From: Massalongia carnosa
Taxonomy: Eukaryota
Direction of reading: 5' to 3'
NCBI GenBank assembly: GCA_965645245.1
Contig: OZ287075.1
Location: 930,001 to 994,000 of the forward strand
Length of the DNA: 64,000 nt
Shown here: in pieces, positions 25,115-36,802 of the stretch
Position numbering within the stretch: position 1 is the stretch's first letter
How the letters are laid out: the number at the start of each line of letters is the position of its first letter
Made by a program: the position numbers and the translations under genes
The notes under the pieces: model-generated
Database searches by the model: none
Seen by the model: the letters and a program-made list of their open reading frames with translations, nothing else
Told to the model about the DNA's origin: nothing

Positions 25115-26908
25115 AATCGACAGATACATAATATTTGCACTCGGTGGATAAGATGAGACGTTCTTCTACTAAAACGTTGCGGAACATCTGTAGTCTCTCC
25201 AGTTATGCTTTACACAACAAACAGTATTTCGGTTAGTTAAATTGAAGTTGCGTTACCGTTGCGTCCCTACGTTTCTATCATGTGTTCAACGAGTATTGTC
25301 TTATCATATATTACTAAAAATCTTATGAATAAATACTCTTTGCACTCTTGATCTTTACATTCAGAGCTAGCTGTTAAAACCCCTATTTTCTCGTGATCTT
25401 TCATGTTCTGTGTTGAAATAAAAGGGGGCTGAGGGAGCTACACTGAATCAATGAAAAGGCTAATATGCTACGCTTGAAGCTCTATAACTAAATTGAACTT
25501 AACTAACTGAACTATCTAAGAAAGAAAGAGGTGGGATTATTTGCCCAAATATATACACCGAATATGGCTGTCATGGAGTCTTCGAGAAGCTTCCATTGCG
25601 TTCGTCGCAGGGACCTTGTCGTTCGATAATAGCGGAATTATAGATTCCCATAGAATGTTCCATGCAATTGTAAGGTGAAGTCATATCGGGTAAGACAATT
25701 AACCTCGGTATAGTGGCAAAAGCAAATAACGCCAAGACAGTATGAATCAACAGTCTGTCGGTTTGAACCTGATGATGTATTCAAACTGCTTTCTGAGTTT
25801 CAGCGACAAGATGCTAGAAAGATCTCGTTGCCAAAGACCAGTGCTACAGCATCATCATCCTTTATGATTTTAGAAGTACTTGAATATTCTTTCACACTAA
25901 TGGATTTTGGGAGAAAAAGCCCGAGTCCGCGGTTTGAACTTCGAGCCTAGGCACTTGATAATTTTGAGTGCAATTTCTGTTATGTTTCCGCTATCTCTTC
26001 AATCGCATACAAACGACCCTTGGGTTCCTTGATGATGCCAGTTGCATTGGCTGAACTGAGCAGAGTGTCAGCTTACGTAAATGCAACGCAACGTCGTCCT
26101 CCTTTCCTCTATTTTCTCTAGAATACGTTGAAATGGTTATTCCTCGCCGAAACTTGACGAAATGGAGTCTTTACGGAGGGATTGTTGGATAATCTTTGAT
26201 ATTTTCTGCAGCGAGCGATCGTGAGCTTATATCCTATAGTTCAGCTAGAATGCGGCCGCGGATTGTTGATTGAACTAAGTCTAAATTGGAATTCTAAACC
26301 TGAGATGCTAGGCCTTCTCTAGTGAGCCAATAACTATATTAAATCCTATCTCAAATTTCATAGTGAGCTCTTGTGCAAGAGAGACTCGTATTTAATCTTA
26401 AGATTAAACGCCGCTGCTGCATTAACTGCCTCTACAAATATTTCGTTATTCCTAGGAGTTATTCTGTAAATGTGAGCCGAATGCCAAAATTTAGGGTAGA
26501 ATCAACGTCTGTAAAAGGCGAGTTATCCATTCGTCAAGCCAGGAGGTTTAGTATCAAACAACCGTTGCAAGCTACAAGCTTAAAGGTAGGCCTTGCAGAC
26601 TTTACTTTCTATTTCAATGAATTTTCATCCAATGCGGTCCTAATCTAGACTAGAGAATGGAAATCTAAGATTACTTCTTTCTAAATCCAAACTCTGTCAA
26701 TATGATGAAGACCCCAAGAAAGAACCAGACGATCCTTGGATGAAAAGGAAGAATGAATCTCAGACAGCTCAAGGCTCCCGTATAAACACAAAGCTGTAAA
26801 TACTTGTGAAGGTTATTTTGTTCTGGTTCATTGACAGTAGATATATATTCTAAGTAAACGAACAAACCATGTTGACAAAAATAAAATGTTATGAGACTTG
26901 ATCGCAAC

Positions 26909-26980
26909 CGACACCTGGGAGATTCGAACTCCCAATCTTTGCCACCGGAAAGCAACGCCTTGCCATTAGGCCAAGGTGTC
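26909..26980 (-). tRNA. tRNA-Arg(CCG), intronless
   Basis: GACACCTTGGCCTAATGGCAAGGCGTTGCTTT-CCG-GTGGCAAAGATTGGGAGTTCGAATCTCCCAGGTGTCG forms a 72-nt cloverleaf with a perfect acceptor stem. Confidence 0.93.
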
Positions 26981-27237
26981 TTTACTTGATCAAGGTTCTT
27001 ATTACTAATTTGATTACATAAAATGACTGGCATGTGTTGGAGTCACGAGCATTATAAGCTAAGCCGCGTTAGGGTCATAAACCTTACTGATCATTTACTT
27101 GCGTAGACCCGTTAGTACAGAGCAGGTCTGAAGTAAACAATACTTAAGCCTCCCGGAACTTTGTAGCTTCAGCCCAGCTTTCTAAATCTCGATTAACCTT
27201 ATTAATACTGTTCCTCTTATACCCTCACAGTCTCATC

Positions 27238-28752
27238 ATGTCTACTCTCGAAGACCTGGATGATTTAGAGCGTGAAGGTAAAGAGGATAGAAAGGATGAT
27301 GGCAATAAAGATGGAAAACAACCTCATCAGAGTGGCGACGCGGAGATGGAGGATGCTGATGGAGAAAAGAAAGAGGGAGAGAAGGAAGAGGGGTTAATAG
27401 ATGCTGAAATCCTACACTCGAGCACCCGAGATATCAATATGAGACGACGTCTTCTAGATAATGACATGCGAATCATGAAGAGCGACTATCTGCGATTGAC
27501 ACATGAGCAAAGTGTCATGAAGGAGAAGATTAAAGATAACTTGGAGAAAATTGAAAACAACCGGTGTGGCTATCCCTTTCTACACAAATGCTGATAGTCT
27601 ATACTCATCCAGTTCATAGACAATTACCTTATCTTGTCGGAAACGTGGTAGAGCTTCTTGACCTTGACGTCGAGAAGGAAGCCGCCGAGGAGGGAGCAAA
27701 TATCGACCTTGACGCAACAAGGATAGGAAAATCCGCAGTCATCAAAACTTCTACTCGGCAGACAATTTTCCTCCCTCTTATAGGTCTCGTGGATCATGCT
27801 ACGCTTAAACCAGGTGATCTCATCGGCGTCAACAAAGATTCTTACCTCGTTCTGGACACATTACCTGCCGAATACGATAGCAGAGTTAAAGCTATGGAGG
27901 TTGATGAGAAGCCTACGGAGAAGTACACGGATGTGGGTGGCCTAGATAAACAGATTGAGGAGCTAGTAGAAGCTGTAGTGTGGCCTATGAAGGAAGCCGA
28001 GCGGTTTAAGAAGATTGGCATCAAAGCACCAAAGGGTAGAAAGCAACGCGCCTCTTCCACCCTCCGTTTGCACTTTTCGCTGATTCATTTAATTAGGAGC
28101 GCTTATGTACGGTCCTCCAGGAACCGGTAAAACCCTCCTGGCACGGGCATGCGCCGCCCAAACTGATGCCACTTTCCTCAAGCTCGCGGGCCCCCAGCTC
28201 GTCCAGATGTTCATAGGTGACGGCGCTAAGCTGGTGCGTGACTGCTTCGCGCTCGCAAAGGAAAAGGCTCCCTCGATCATATTTATCGATGAGCTCGACG
28301 CCGTGGGCACCAAACGCTTCGATAGTGAGAAAAGCGGCGATAGGGAGGTGCAGCGGACCATGTTGGAATTACTGAACCAGCTCGACGGCTTCGCGTCTGA
28401 CGATCGTGTCAAAGTTCTCGCCGCTACCAATCGCGTCGATGTACTTGATCCCGCTCTTCTGCGCTCCGGCCGCTTGGACCGCAAGATTGAATTCCCGCTG
28501 CCGAACGAGGAGGCGCGGGCGCAGATTCTTAAAATTCATAGCCGAAAAATGACGGTGGACGACGGGGTCAACTGGCATGAGCTGGCTCGAAGTACTGATG
28601 AGTTTGGTGGAGCGCAGCTCAAGGCCGTCTGTGTGGAGGCAGGTATGATTGCGCTACGTAAGGGTATGGTGAAGATTGGACACGAGCACTACGTCGATGC
28701 CGTGGCGGAAGTCCAAGCAAAAAAGAAAGAGACGGTGAACTTCTACGCCTAA
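27238..28752 (+). CDS. RPT5: 26S proteasome regulatory ATPase subunit 6A
   Basis: [23 protein letters not shown], Walker [19 protein letters not shown]-terminal NFYA. Introns at ~27564-27619 and ~28036-28097. Confidence 0.96.
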
Positions 28753-28825
28753 ACCTTGTGACCTTATATTTGTACCATTAAGGGCGGCGATAACGAGAGC
28801 AATTCTCTCTTATTATATTTTACAT

Positions 28826-29200
28826 GGCCATAGGGTGTACATTTAGAGCATGAGATACCCTGTAGGCCCGGCCCTTACGGGACTCGAAAGTTAATCCATT
28901 CTTCATAAGGATTTCCTCAAAACGGACACTTCATTTAGGCTCAGGAGCGGGCGAAGCTCTGGGTTGTAAAAGGGGTTTACAGCCCAAGAGCTATATGTAG
29001 GCAATCTTTTATCGAGCTAGGTACACATCTATCGACGAGAAGCAGCACACATAGTTATGTAACAGGAACGGTACAGTCTCCACCCCGCTGGAGATCTGAA
29101 ACTTGAACCTGGTTGAAGAAACTCATGTCCTTGTGGAACATGAGCTCGTAGAAGTTATTTTGAGGAAGTGTCCCCTTCCAGCGCTAGCGGGCGGCTCTTA
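28826..29200 (+). other. Hairpin-dense spacer between convergent RPT5 and RRP3 (candidate structured RNA or foldback relic)
   Basis: Stems at 28826-28868, 28955-28992, 29077-29094 and 29122-29144, plus long-range complements 28913-28922/29158-29167 and 28924-28932/29165-29173. Confidence 0.4.
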
Positions 29201-29254
29201 AACGGTAGTTTTTTGGACCACTACTAGAGGCGAAAATTGGGCGGTACTTTAGAC

Positions 29255-30769
29255 TTAGCCTTGCTCCCTGTCCATATCGTCTCTCCCCTTCTTCCCTCCC
29301 TTGCCAGTCACAGGTTTTCTTCCCCGTAAAGTGGCGCCCTTCGTTCCTCGTTTCTCGTGTAAGTCTTTCATTTCCCGGATCGCCATCCTTTGCGCCTCGC
29401 TCACCCGCTCCCCTAGAACCATGACCTCGTCCCTTTCCGTCTCGTACTCTGTCAGCTTCTTGCCCAGCGCTGTCTCGATCCGCTGCCAGATCTCGACATC
29501 GTACTGGGTGACAAATGACATCGCGTGACCGGATTTTCCCGCGCGAGCGGTGCGCCCTACCCGATGGATATAGGTTTTGCTATCCGGTGGGAGGTCAAAG
29601 TTCAGCACGATATCAACCGATGATATGTCAAGTCCACGGGCAGCCACATCGGTGGCGACAAGGATGTCCCTGGTGCCAGCACGAAATTTCCCCAGCGCCC
29701 CCAGCCGCGCGGACTGCGAAAGTTGGCCGTGAAGCGGGATGGCGCCAAATCCCAGAGAGCGAAGAAGAATCGCCAAACGTTGAGTTTCGTTCACCGTTCT
29801 CGTGAAGACGATGGTGGATTGGCCGGTGAATTCATTAAGAAGGTAAACGAGATAGAGATCTTTGTCTTTGTGGGGGAAGAACAGATAGGATTGTAGGAGG
29901 GTCGAGACTGTCTGGTATTTATTGGTTGAAATTGAGACACGAAGGGGATTTGACAGAGATGCACGTTGAAGAGATTCGATTTTAGACGTCATGGTTGCGG
30001 AGAAGAGATAAGTACGGCGCTCGCGTGGGAGGACCTTCAGTGTCTTGTCCAGGATTGGTCCAAAATCAAGATCCAGTAACCGATCCGCTTCATCCATGAC
30101 TAGATATTTGAGTCCCCGAAGAGAAAAACCCTTGGTGTTTTCTAGGTGATCCAGCAACCGGCCCGGAGTAGCGACAATAATATGGGGCTTTTTCCCCAGC
30201 GCAATGGCTTGAGGGACCATGTCCATGCCGCCGACTAGAACTGCGCATCGCACATTTATCAATGCGCCTAAACCTTCGAAAGCTTGAGAAATTTGATATG
30301 CGAGCTCGCGGGTGGGAGCCATGACCAGGCCAAAGAAGGGTTGGGGTTTGTCCATCAACGCTGTGTCAAATTATCCTCACTTTTCTCACAGCTTGGAGAA
30401 CCGGGATAGTTTACCTTGGAGTATTGGCAAAGCAAAAGCTGCCGTTTTCCCACTCCCAGTCTCGGCGAGTCCTATTAGATCCCTGCCCTGCAGTGCTAAA
30501 GGGATGGCCTCGGTTTGAATGGGCGTTGGGGTCTTGTATCCGAGCGCTGTGCACGCATCGCAAAGTGAATCAATAATCCCAAGATCTTGGAATGACTTGG
30601 GAGTTCTTTGATTCATATCTGTATCATCCGGCTTGATTCCTGAAGACAATAAGTCCTCTTCAGTTGGTGGTGGGGCTGTATTGGCATTCCTATTCGGAGC
30701 AAGCGTTTCTCTTGACTTATCTATTGTTTCGGGGGGAGTGTTGAGCTTTCTCCTCTTAGCTGTGGACAT
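29255..30769 (-). CDS. RRP3: DEAD-box rRNA helicase Rrp3
   Basis: Q motif, [21 protein letters not shown] and [10 protein letters not shown]. Intron 30361-30414. Confidence 0.94.
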
Positions 30770-30911
30770 AACGAAAGCCCAGTGTGTTCTGTCCTTTCTA
30801 GCAAAATGAAGAGAATAGCCAACCAGTTCTAGTTGTATGGAGACCTCTGTATTTATGAATTGAGTTTGTTAGAAAAGAAAACCATGCGATCTGATTTCAT
30901 GTGCCGTTGCT

Positions 30912-30923
30912 CTTATCGATAAG
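30912..30923. promoter_or_regulatory. 12-bp palindrome CTTATCGATAAG at the centre of the RRP3/SSF1 bidirectional promoter
   Basis: Perfect palindrome almost exactly midway in the 312-bp gap between the two ATGs (30769 and 31082). Confidence 0.5.
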
Positions 30924-31081
30924 CCTGCAAGTACATTTTTGATTGGCCAACTTAAGCTTAGTACTTACCTCCCGAGCCTCCTCAACTTCGATTGTGGATC
31001 GTTCATCAACACAACAAGTATCTGGCAGATATTACGATTTCGCCGGTTTATGAATCAAACAATATAAAAACTATAGCCATT

Positions 31082-32461
31082 ATGGCTAGACGACGCACAA
31101 AGAAACGTACCCATATTGGTGCTCGGAATGGACCTTCTAATGGTGTTCCAGCAGCAACATCGACAAATCGAGAACCCAAGAGCATGGTAATCAGGATTGG
31201 AGCTGGAAAAGTTGGGCCTAGTGTTAGCCAGCTGGTAACAGATGTTCGCACTATGATGGAGCCTGATACTGCCCGCCGGTTGAAGGTATATCTATGTATG
31301 GAATTGCCGATAGAGTTAGCGCTGAGAATGGTCTATAATTAGGAGCGAAAATCAAACAGATTACGAGACTATACGACTATGGCGGGACCCCTTGGCGTCT
31401 CCCATCTCCTACTTTTCTCTAGATCTACTGCAGGAAATATCAACCTACGACTCGCCCTTACGCCTCGAGGCCCAACTCTTCACTTCCGCGTGGAAAAATA
31501 CTCTTTGTGTAAAGATGTTCGAAAAGCAATGAAGCATCCGAAGGGCGGGGGAAAGGAATACCTCACAGCTCCACTTCTTGTCATGAACAACTTTGCTTCG
31601 CCGCCCCAAGAAGGCGACTTGGTCCCTGCAGTACCCAAACATCTTGAGTCTCTTACGACCACGATATTTCAGTCTCTATTTCCACCAATATCGCCGCAAT
31701 CGACCCCGCTATCCTCTATTCGGCGTGTTCTTCTCCTCAATCGCGAGCTTCCAAAGTCTTCATCCACAGCTTCACCTATCGACGATAGCTCATACATTAT
31801 TAATCTCCGACACTACGCTATTACCAGCAAGCGCACCGGCTTATCACGCGGTATACGTCGACTTAACGCAGCCGAAAGGCTAGTAAAAGAACGTAAGGGT
31901 AGGCGAGGAGTACCGAATTTGGGAAAACTAGAAGACGTTGCAGATTATCTTTTGGATCCTGCCGCTGCGGCTGGCGGGTATACATCTGGCAGCGAAAGCG
32001 AGATTGAAACTGATGCCGAGATCGAAGTGCTAGAAACAGATGCTAGGAAAGTCATGAGTCGAAAGCAATTTAAAGCCACGCAAAACGGTGATGCTAAGGC
32101 CTCGCGGCGCGAAGGTTCGGTGGTGGAAAAGAGAGCGGTAAAACTTGTGGAACTCGGCCCGAGGTTGAGATTACGGATGATGAAGGTAGAGGAAGGGGTT
32201 TGTGGTGGTAAGGTTATGTGGCATGAGTTTTTAAGCAAAAGCAAAGAGGAGGTGAAGCAGTTAGAGGAGATTTGGGAGGAGCGAAGGCGGCAACGGGAGG
32301 AGAGAAGGAGAGTGCAGAAGGAGAATATAGCGCGGAAGCGAAAGGAAAGTGGCCGAACAGGCAAAGGAGATGTTAAGGACGATGAAGAGATGGTCGATGA
32401 CGACTGGGATAGTGAGGAGTTGGAAGAAGTCTCAGAGATGGAAGTTGACGAGACAGGCTAA
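31082..32461 (+). CDS. SSF1: Brix-domain 60S biogenesis factor Ssf1/Ssf2 (PPAN)
   Basis: MARRRTKKRTH, PKSMVIRIG, MEPDTARRLK|ERKSNRLRDY, GPTLHF, KLVELGPRL. Intron at ~31287-31342. Confidence 0.93.
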
Positions 32462-33176
32462 AACAGCAGCGAATGAACTACATGCTCTTGCATGCTGGTT
32501 CCCAATCTTCAATCCCCTGCCGGTTCATGGTCTATGCGATCTTATATACAACCGTTGACCAAATATCCCCTTTCTAACATATCTAGTCTAGTTTTCCCAA
32601 ATTTGAACGGAATTGCCATTTGTTACCCAGCAAACCAAAACCATTTACGAACCTGATAAGCCGGCAATACGTGTGCTAAATTAATGTACCATAAGACTAA
32701 GTAAGGGCCTTGGTTCCTTCATCTACGAAATTTCATGGAACATGGACATTCTTCTTTGATTTCTGCAATCAGGGATCCCTTGAGTAGTTTATGTTTTCAA
32801 CTAATGGCAACTAAAGGCAATCAAAGGCACGAACCAGAAGCATCTGGGACAAAAAGCTGTTCGTAAAGAACTGCTTTGTATTCGCTTCAAGAAGGTACTG
32901 GTTTGTCTTGAGCCCCTTGTACTTGTTGAAAAGGCTTTTTCATGATTATTTTGCACCTTCTGTTTTGCTTTCTACGACGCTCCTTCCGATTTCATTTTAC
33001 CCTCATAAGTTTCCTTTTATTACTATGTTCGTATCTCTTTCAAGCATCGCCTCCTCCAAAGACGGACCACGACGTCTAGTCCTTCTTGGATACACCCCAA
33101 TTAGCATCACTATATGTAAAGGGCCGCTTTTCTTTCATCTTTCGTTCAAAAGTTCCTTGGGGTCCAGTAGTTTAGC

Positions 33177-36100
33177 ATGCTTTCACATGTCCCTAGCAAC
33201 GCTTCGAATCGACTTCAACAGGCTAAGTCGTCATCCACTCGAACGTCCCATTATGTCCCTATTGAGCCCAGCCACATTGATCCTGCAAGCTCACGCCACC
33301 ATGCGATCACAGCTGCATCCGTTGCCCTCGAACGCGCTTCCGAACGGGCATTAGCTTTACAAGAGATCCGAGAGCCCGGCCAGCAGCATTTACCAAATTC
33401 TTCCTCGAGTGTTGAAAACCAGCAACGATTGGGTAAAAAACATAGCATTAGATTTACGGGACCTACGGCGCGTCCAACCATAGATCGCCCCCTCACTCGG
33501 CGAGTTGCGGAGGATTCCATAGCCAACCTAGAGCCTCAGCCGATTACCTTGCAAGCTCCGCAGTCACTGGACGAATATGCAGCTCGTTGGCCAGAAAACT
33601 ACCTAATAGGCTTGCCTGTACCAGGAGAGGATTATCCTGGAACTCGCGTTTCTTCAATCCCATCTTCGTACAGGAAGCTGCGAAAGGCAAAGTCTATGTT
33701 TAACCCACGCAGCCACCGGTCTGTAATACTTACAAATGGGGCCCCCAGAAAATTGCTACATAACAATCAACAATTTACTCGGTCGCCCGGGCCTCGTCTT
33801 CATAGGTCGTTTTCCTTTCTACGTGGAGATTCAGACAATATAACCTTAGGTACTGAGCAAGTAGTCTTTCAAGAACCTGCTGTTCAGATCGCTCGAGACG
33901 AGTACCTTCGCAGATTGGATGATCAGACACTGAAGGAGCAATCACCTTTTCTGGTTCTGGACAAGCGTCGCAAGCCCAACAAAGCTTTCCGCAAAACTGT
34001 TCGAACTAGCAGTACTAATAGTTGTGATGGAGCAATCACTTCCTCTCCTCCCCAATTGACGGAGCCCCCCGATAGGAAGGGATTTGGGTACAAGGCAAGG
34101 AGCCTTTCATTGTCGTTGAAAAATAAATTAAAGCGGGTGTTTCACCGGCCTTCAGAGACAGAATCGGTGCTACCTGTACAACAAGTCGATGCGAGTCGGC
34201 CTCACTTTGGGGATTATATGTCAACGTCAACTGGTGTAGATCAGCAGTATCACCACATTCCTTCTCCTGATGGCGAAATCCTTCACAGAGCAAGGTCCCG
34301 TGAATCTCTTTTCCGCGATTTACCTGCATTACTCAGTAAATCGTCTCACCCTGGAAGTATCCGCAGCGTAAAAACTAATGAAGAAATCGCTAACAATAAA
34401 TCTCGTGTTACGAGCTGGACGAATTCGACAGCATTAAACACAATGACCTCGAATCAACTTATGGAGAAAAAGCGACTTTCGATTATTCAGGAAAACGGAG
34501 GGCCGTATCAGCCATCATCCTCAACCCGCCAGTATGGAGATTTGAGCGATATATTCCGCGTACCTACCAGCAACAGCAATAGGGATAGGCCAATCAATAC
34601 CAATAGCCAAGAGATATACTCCGCACTCCAGAAAAGAATCAATGGGAACAAGCGAACGGCCCAGCCACAAGAAAGCCATTTGAGAACAGAAAACGGAGAG
34701 GGTGGGGTAACAGTCAATTCATCTGGTAGTGGGCGGGCAAGCTCTCGTAAGGGAGATCTAAGTTCCTCGAGGGAAAGCCTTAGCCAAAGTCATGACATGA
34801 GGGTACCCGGATCAGTCATCTTCCAACCTTCAACGACAACTACGACCGATATTTTCGGTCCCCAAAAAGAACATTACTTGGACCAAGAGCAGCGATTAGA
34901 TTCCGCCGTGCATGAGGGTCTTACTCCTCAGCAGATTGCTGAGCGGAACGAGATCGGAAACCCATCCCCTAAAAGACCTCTTCGAGAGGTCAAATCTACG
35001 TTCTTCCCAGCATCGATGCGCATTGAAAGAAGTAACACAAGCCCGTACCGACGCACTATGAACATGAGTAGCGAGGGAGAGAATATCGTTGATACAGAGG
35101 AGAAGGGACTGGGCTATATGAACAGTACAGAGTTTCCCATCCGACGTCTTTTACCTAACCGGGCCGGTGTTAGAAGCGCAATTGAAACGGAAAGTATATA
35201 CTCCAGGACGTCGAGCGGGAATACTCCTAGGCCAAAAAGTTCTATATCCCTTGCAATGTCAACGGAATGCGATGAACCAGGTACTGCCGTAATAATTACC
35301 ACAAGACCCATGAAGCATGATCAATTTCTCAGCCCTATGAGATTGCGACCTAGTTACTTGACTAAACAAAATCGGGACTGGCAAGATTGGATGGCATCTG
35401 AAGCTGTACAACCAGAAAATCCTGGCGAGGAGAATAAAAGAGCATCTGACGCTCGTGTTATTAAGGAACACAGTCACAGAAGAGAAAGCCCACAGATCGA
35501 TGAAGATGATTTTCAAGGTGGTAGATTTCAAACTTTCAAAGACGCCCCGAAACGGCCACTCGTACTCCTCCAGGAAAATAGTAATACTCGGCCAATTCTT
35601 AGGCGTCAATCTTCTCGGACTATGGTAGATAGGTTTCCTCTTCTTGAAATGAGCCAACCAGCTCAGTCAACAGTTGCAGAGCGTACTCCGTCCACGCCAA
35701 AGGGTCCTTGTGCAACACCGCCATCTAAGTGGCCGCTTGCGGGACTTGGAAAAGAGGCGTCTGGTCGGAGAAGTAACATGTCGGCGGGGCTCCCTCTAAA
35801 AACCTCATACACGTCTCTAAAATCTCATGGCAGCAGCTCTATGCTACGCCAAAGCCAGGTGATGGATTCCGAGAATACAGAGTCGCATGCTTCCGGGAGT
35901 CCTCGTCCAGTAGCTGCGCGAGGGCTAACTCAAATTAAGCAAATGCACAAAGCTCAAAGTCGCCATAGCCCTGAGCGGCTTGCTCGCCTTCGTCGGAAGC
36001 AGAGTGGTATTAGCCTAGCACCAGAAGGTCCAGTCCAGCGGGGGCCAGACGCAGAAAACATTCGTCCTCTACAAGGAAACGGAATCGTTCAAGGCACTAC

Positions 36101-36263
36101 ACTTGAGACCACGCCAAATGGAAATGACAAGGATACCAATGATAAGAATAGCGCTGAAACCCCCACTGCTGGAGGTCGGAATATTGTGGATATCTTCCTA
36201 AGTAGTCGCAGAAAACAAATGCTGATGAATGAGGAGACAGCTGTAGATCCTGCATTCTTGTAG
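33177..36263 (+). CDS. Hypothetical 1028-aa Ser/Arg/Pro-rich, probably disordered protein
   Basis: Long uninterrupted ORF; no recognisable domain. Confidence 0.75.
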   Translation: MLSHVPSNASNRLQQAKSSSTRTSHYVPIEPSHIDPASSRHHAITAASVALERASERALALQEIREPGQQHLPNSSSSVENQQRLGKKHSIRFTGPTARPTIDRPLTRRVAEDSIANLEPQPITLQAPQSLDEYAARWPENYLIGLPVPGEDYPGTRVSSIPSSYRKLRKAKSMFNPRSHRSVILTNGAPRKLLHNNQQFTRSPGPRLHRSFSFLRGDSDNITLGTEQVVFQEPAVQIARDEYLRRLDDQTLKEQSPFLVLDKRRKPNKAFRKTVRTSSTNSCDGAITSSPPQLTEPPDRKGFGYKARSLSLSLKNKLKRVFHRPSETESVLPVQQVDASRPHFGDYMSTSTGVDQQYHHIPSPDGEILHRARSRESLFRDLPALLSKSSHPGSIRSVKTNEEIANNKSRVTSWTNSTALNTMTSNQLMEKKRLSIIQENGGPYQPSSSTRQYGDLSDIFRVPTSNSNRDRPINTNSQEIYSALQKRINGNKRTAQPQESHLRTENGEGGVTVNSSGSGRASSRKGDLSSSRESLSQSHDMRVPGSVIFQPSTTTTTDIFGPQKEHYLDQEQRLDSAVHEGLTPQQIAERNEIGNPSPKRPLREVKSTFFPASMRIERSNTSPYRRTMNMSSEGENIVDTEEKGLGYMNSTEFPIRRLLPNRAGVRSAIETESIYSRTSSGNTPRPKSSISLAMSTECDEPGTAVIITTRPMKHDQFLSPMRLRPSYLTKQNRDWQDWMASEAVQPENPGEENKRASDARVIKEHSHRRESPQIDEDDFQGGRFQTFKDAPKRPLVLLQENSNTRPILRRQSSRTMVDRFPLLEMSQPAQSTVAERTPSTPKGPCATPPSKWPLAGLGKEASGRRSNMSAGLPLKTSYTSLKSHGSSSMLRQSQVMDSENTESHASGSPRPVAARGLTQIKQMHKAQSRHSPERLARLRRKQSGISLAPEGPVQRGPDAENIRPLQGNGIVQGTTLETTPNGNDKDTNDKNSAETPTAGGRNIVDIFLSSRRKQMLMNEETAVDPAFL

Positions 36264-36802
36264 CACCAGAATGTTAAGTATTAGAGCTTTATCTGCATAT
36301 ATCGTTATCCATCAGACCCTCCATCCTGGAAGACCTTTAGGGGTGCATTCATTGGAAAGTCACTAGAATGCGCTACGATATTGGATAACTAGAAGCCTGC
36401 TATTTTGAGTATTCGGCCACGGCAGTTCCGTGGGCTTCGATGACTTGTGACACCTTAAGGGGAGAACCCACCTACACACTTAGAGTATGTATGAAAGGTA
36501 GTTTTGGGGAGAGTAGCGACAACCGCGTTACCTAACATTATGCATGCGTTATCATAGAGATATGAGAAGTAGCTTAATCTAAAACAAACGCGTAATAAAT
36601 CAACGACTTGGAAGAAAATTGGGTAGTTAGTGGAACTTTGAGCGATGTTTTGAGCTTAGTTGTCCCCTTGGTTGGTGTATTAGGCTTAGCCAAGATCCTT
36701 CTGGATTAAATATCTTTAGCTCCCGCATAAATATTTCTAGATAATTTTCATGGATAGTCCCAAGGAAGTGGACGAATCATATAATTAACCCATTCGCCGA
36801 CT

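Noticed and set aside
25200..26650. Possible degenerate gene between the transposon and tRNA-Arg
   Set aside because: Splice-like signals are present, but no recognisable protein motif in any frame.
28860..28895. Minus-strand GAGTCCC-GTAA-GGG resembling hammerhead ribozyme stem II
   Set aside because: The catalytic CUGANGA and GAAA boxes are absent.
30961..30972. TACTTACCT resembling the U1 snRNA 5' end
   Set aside because: No U1 stem-loops or Sm site follow; it lies within a promoter.
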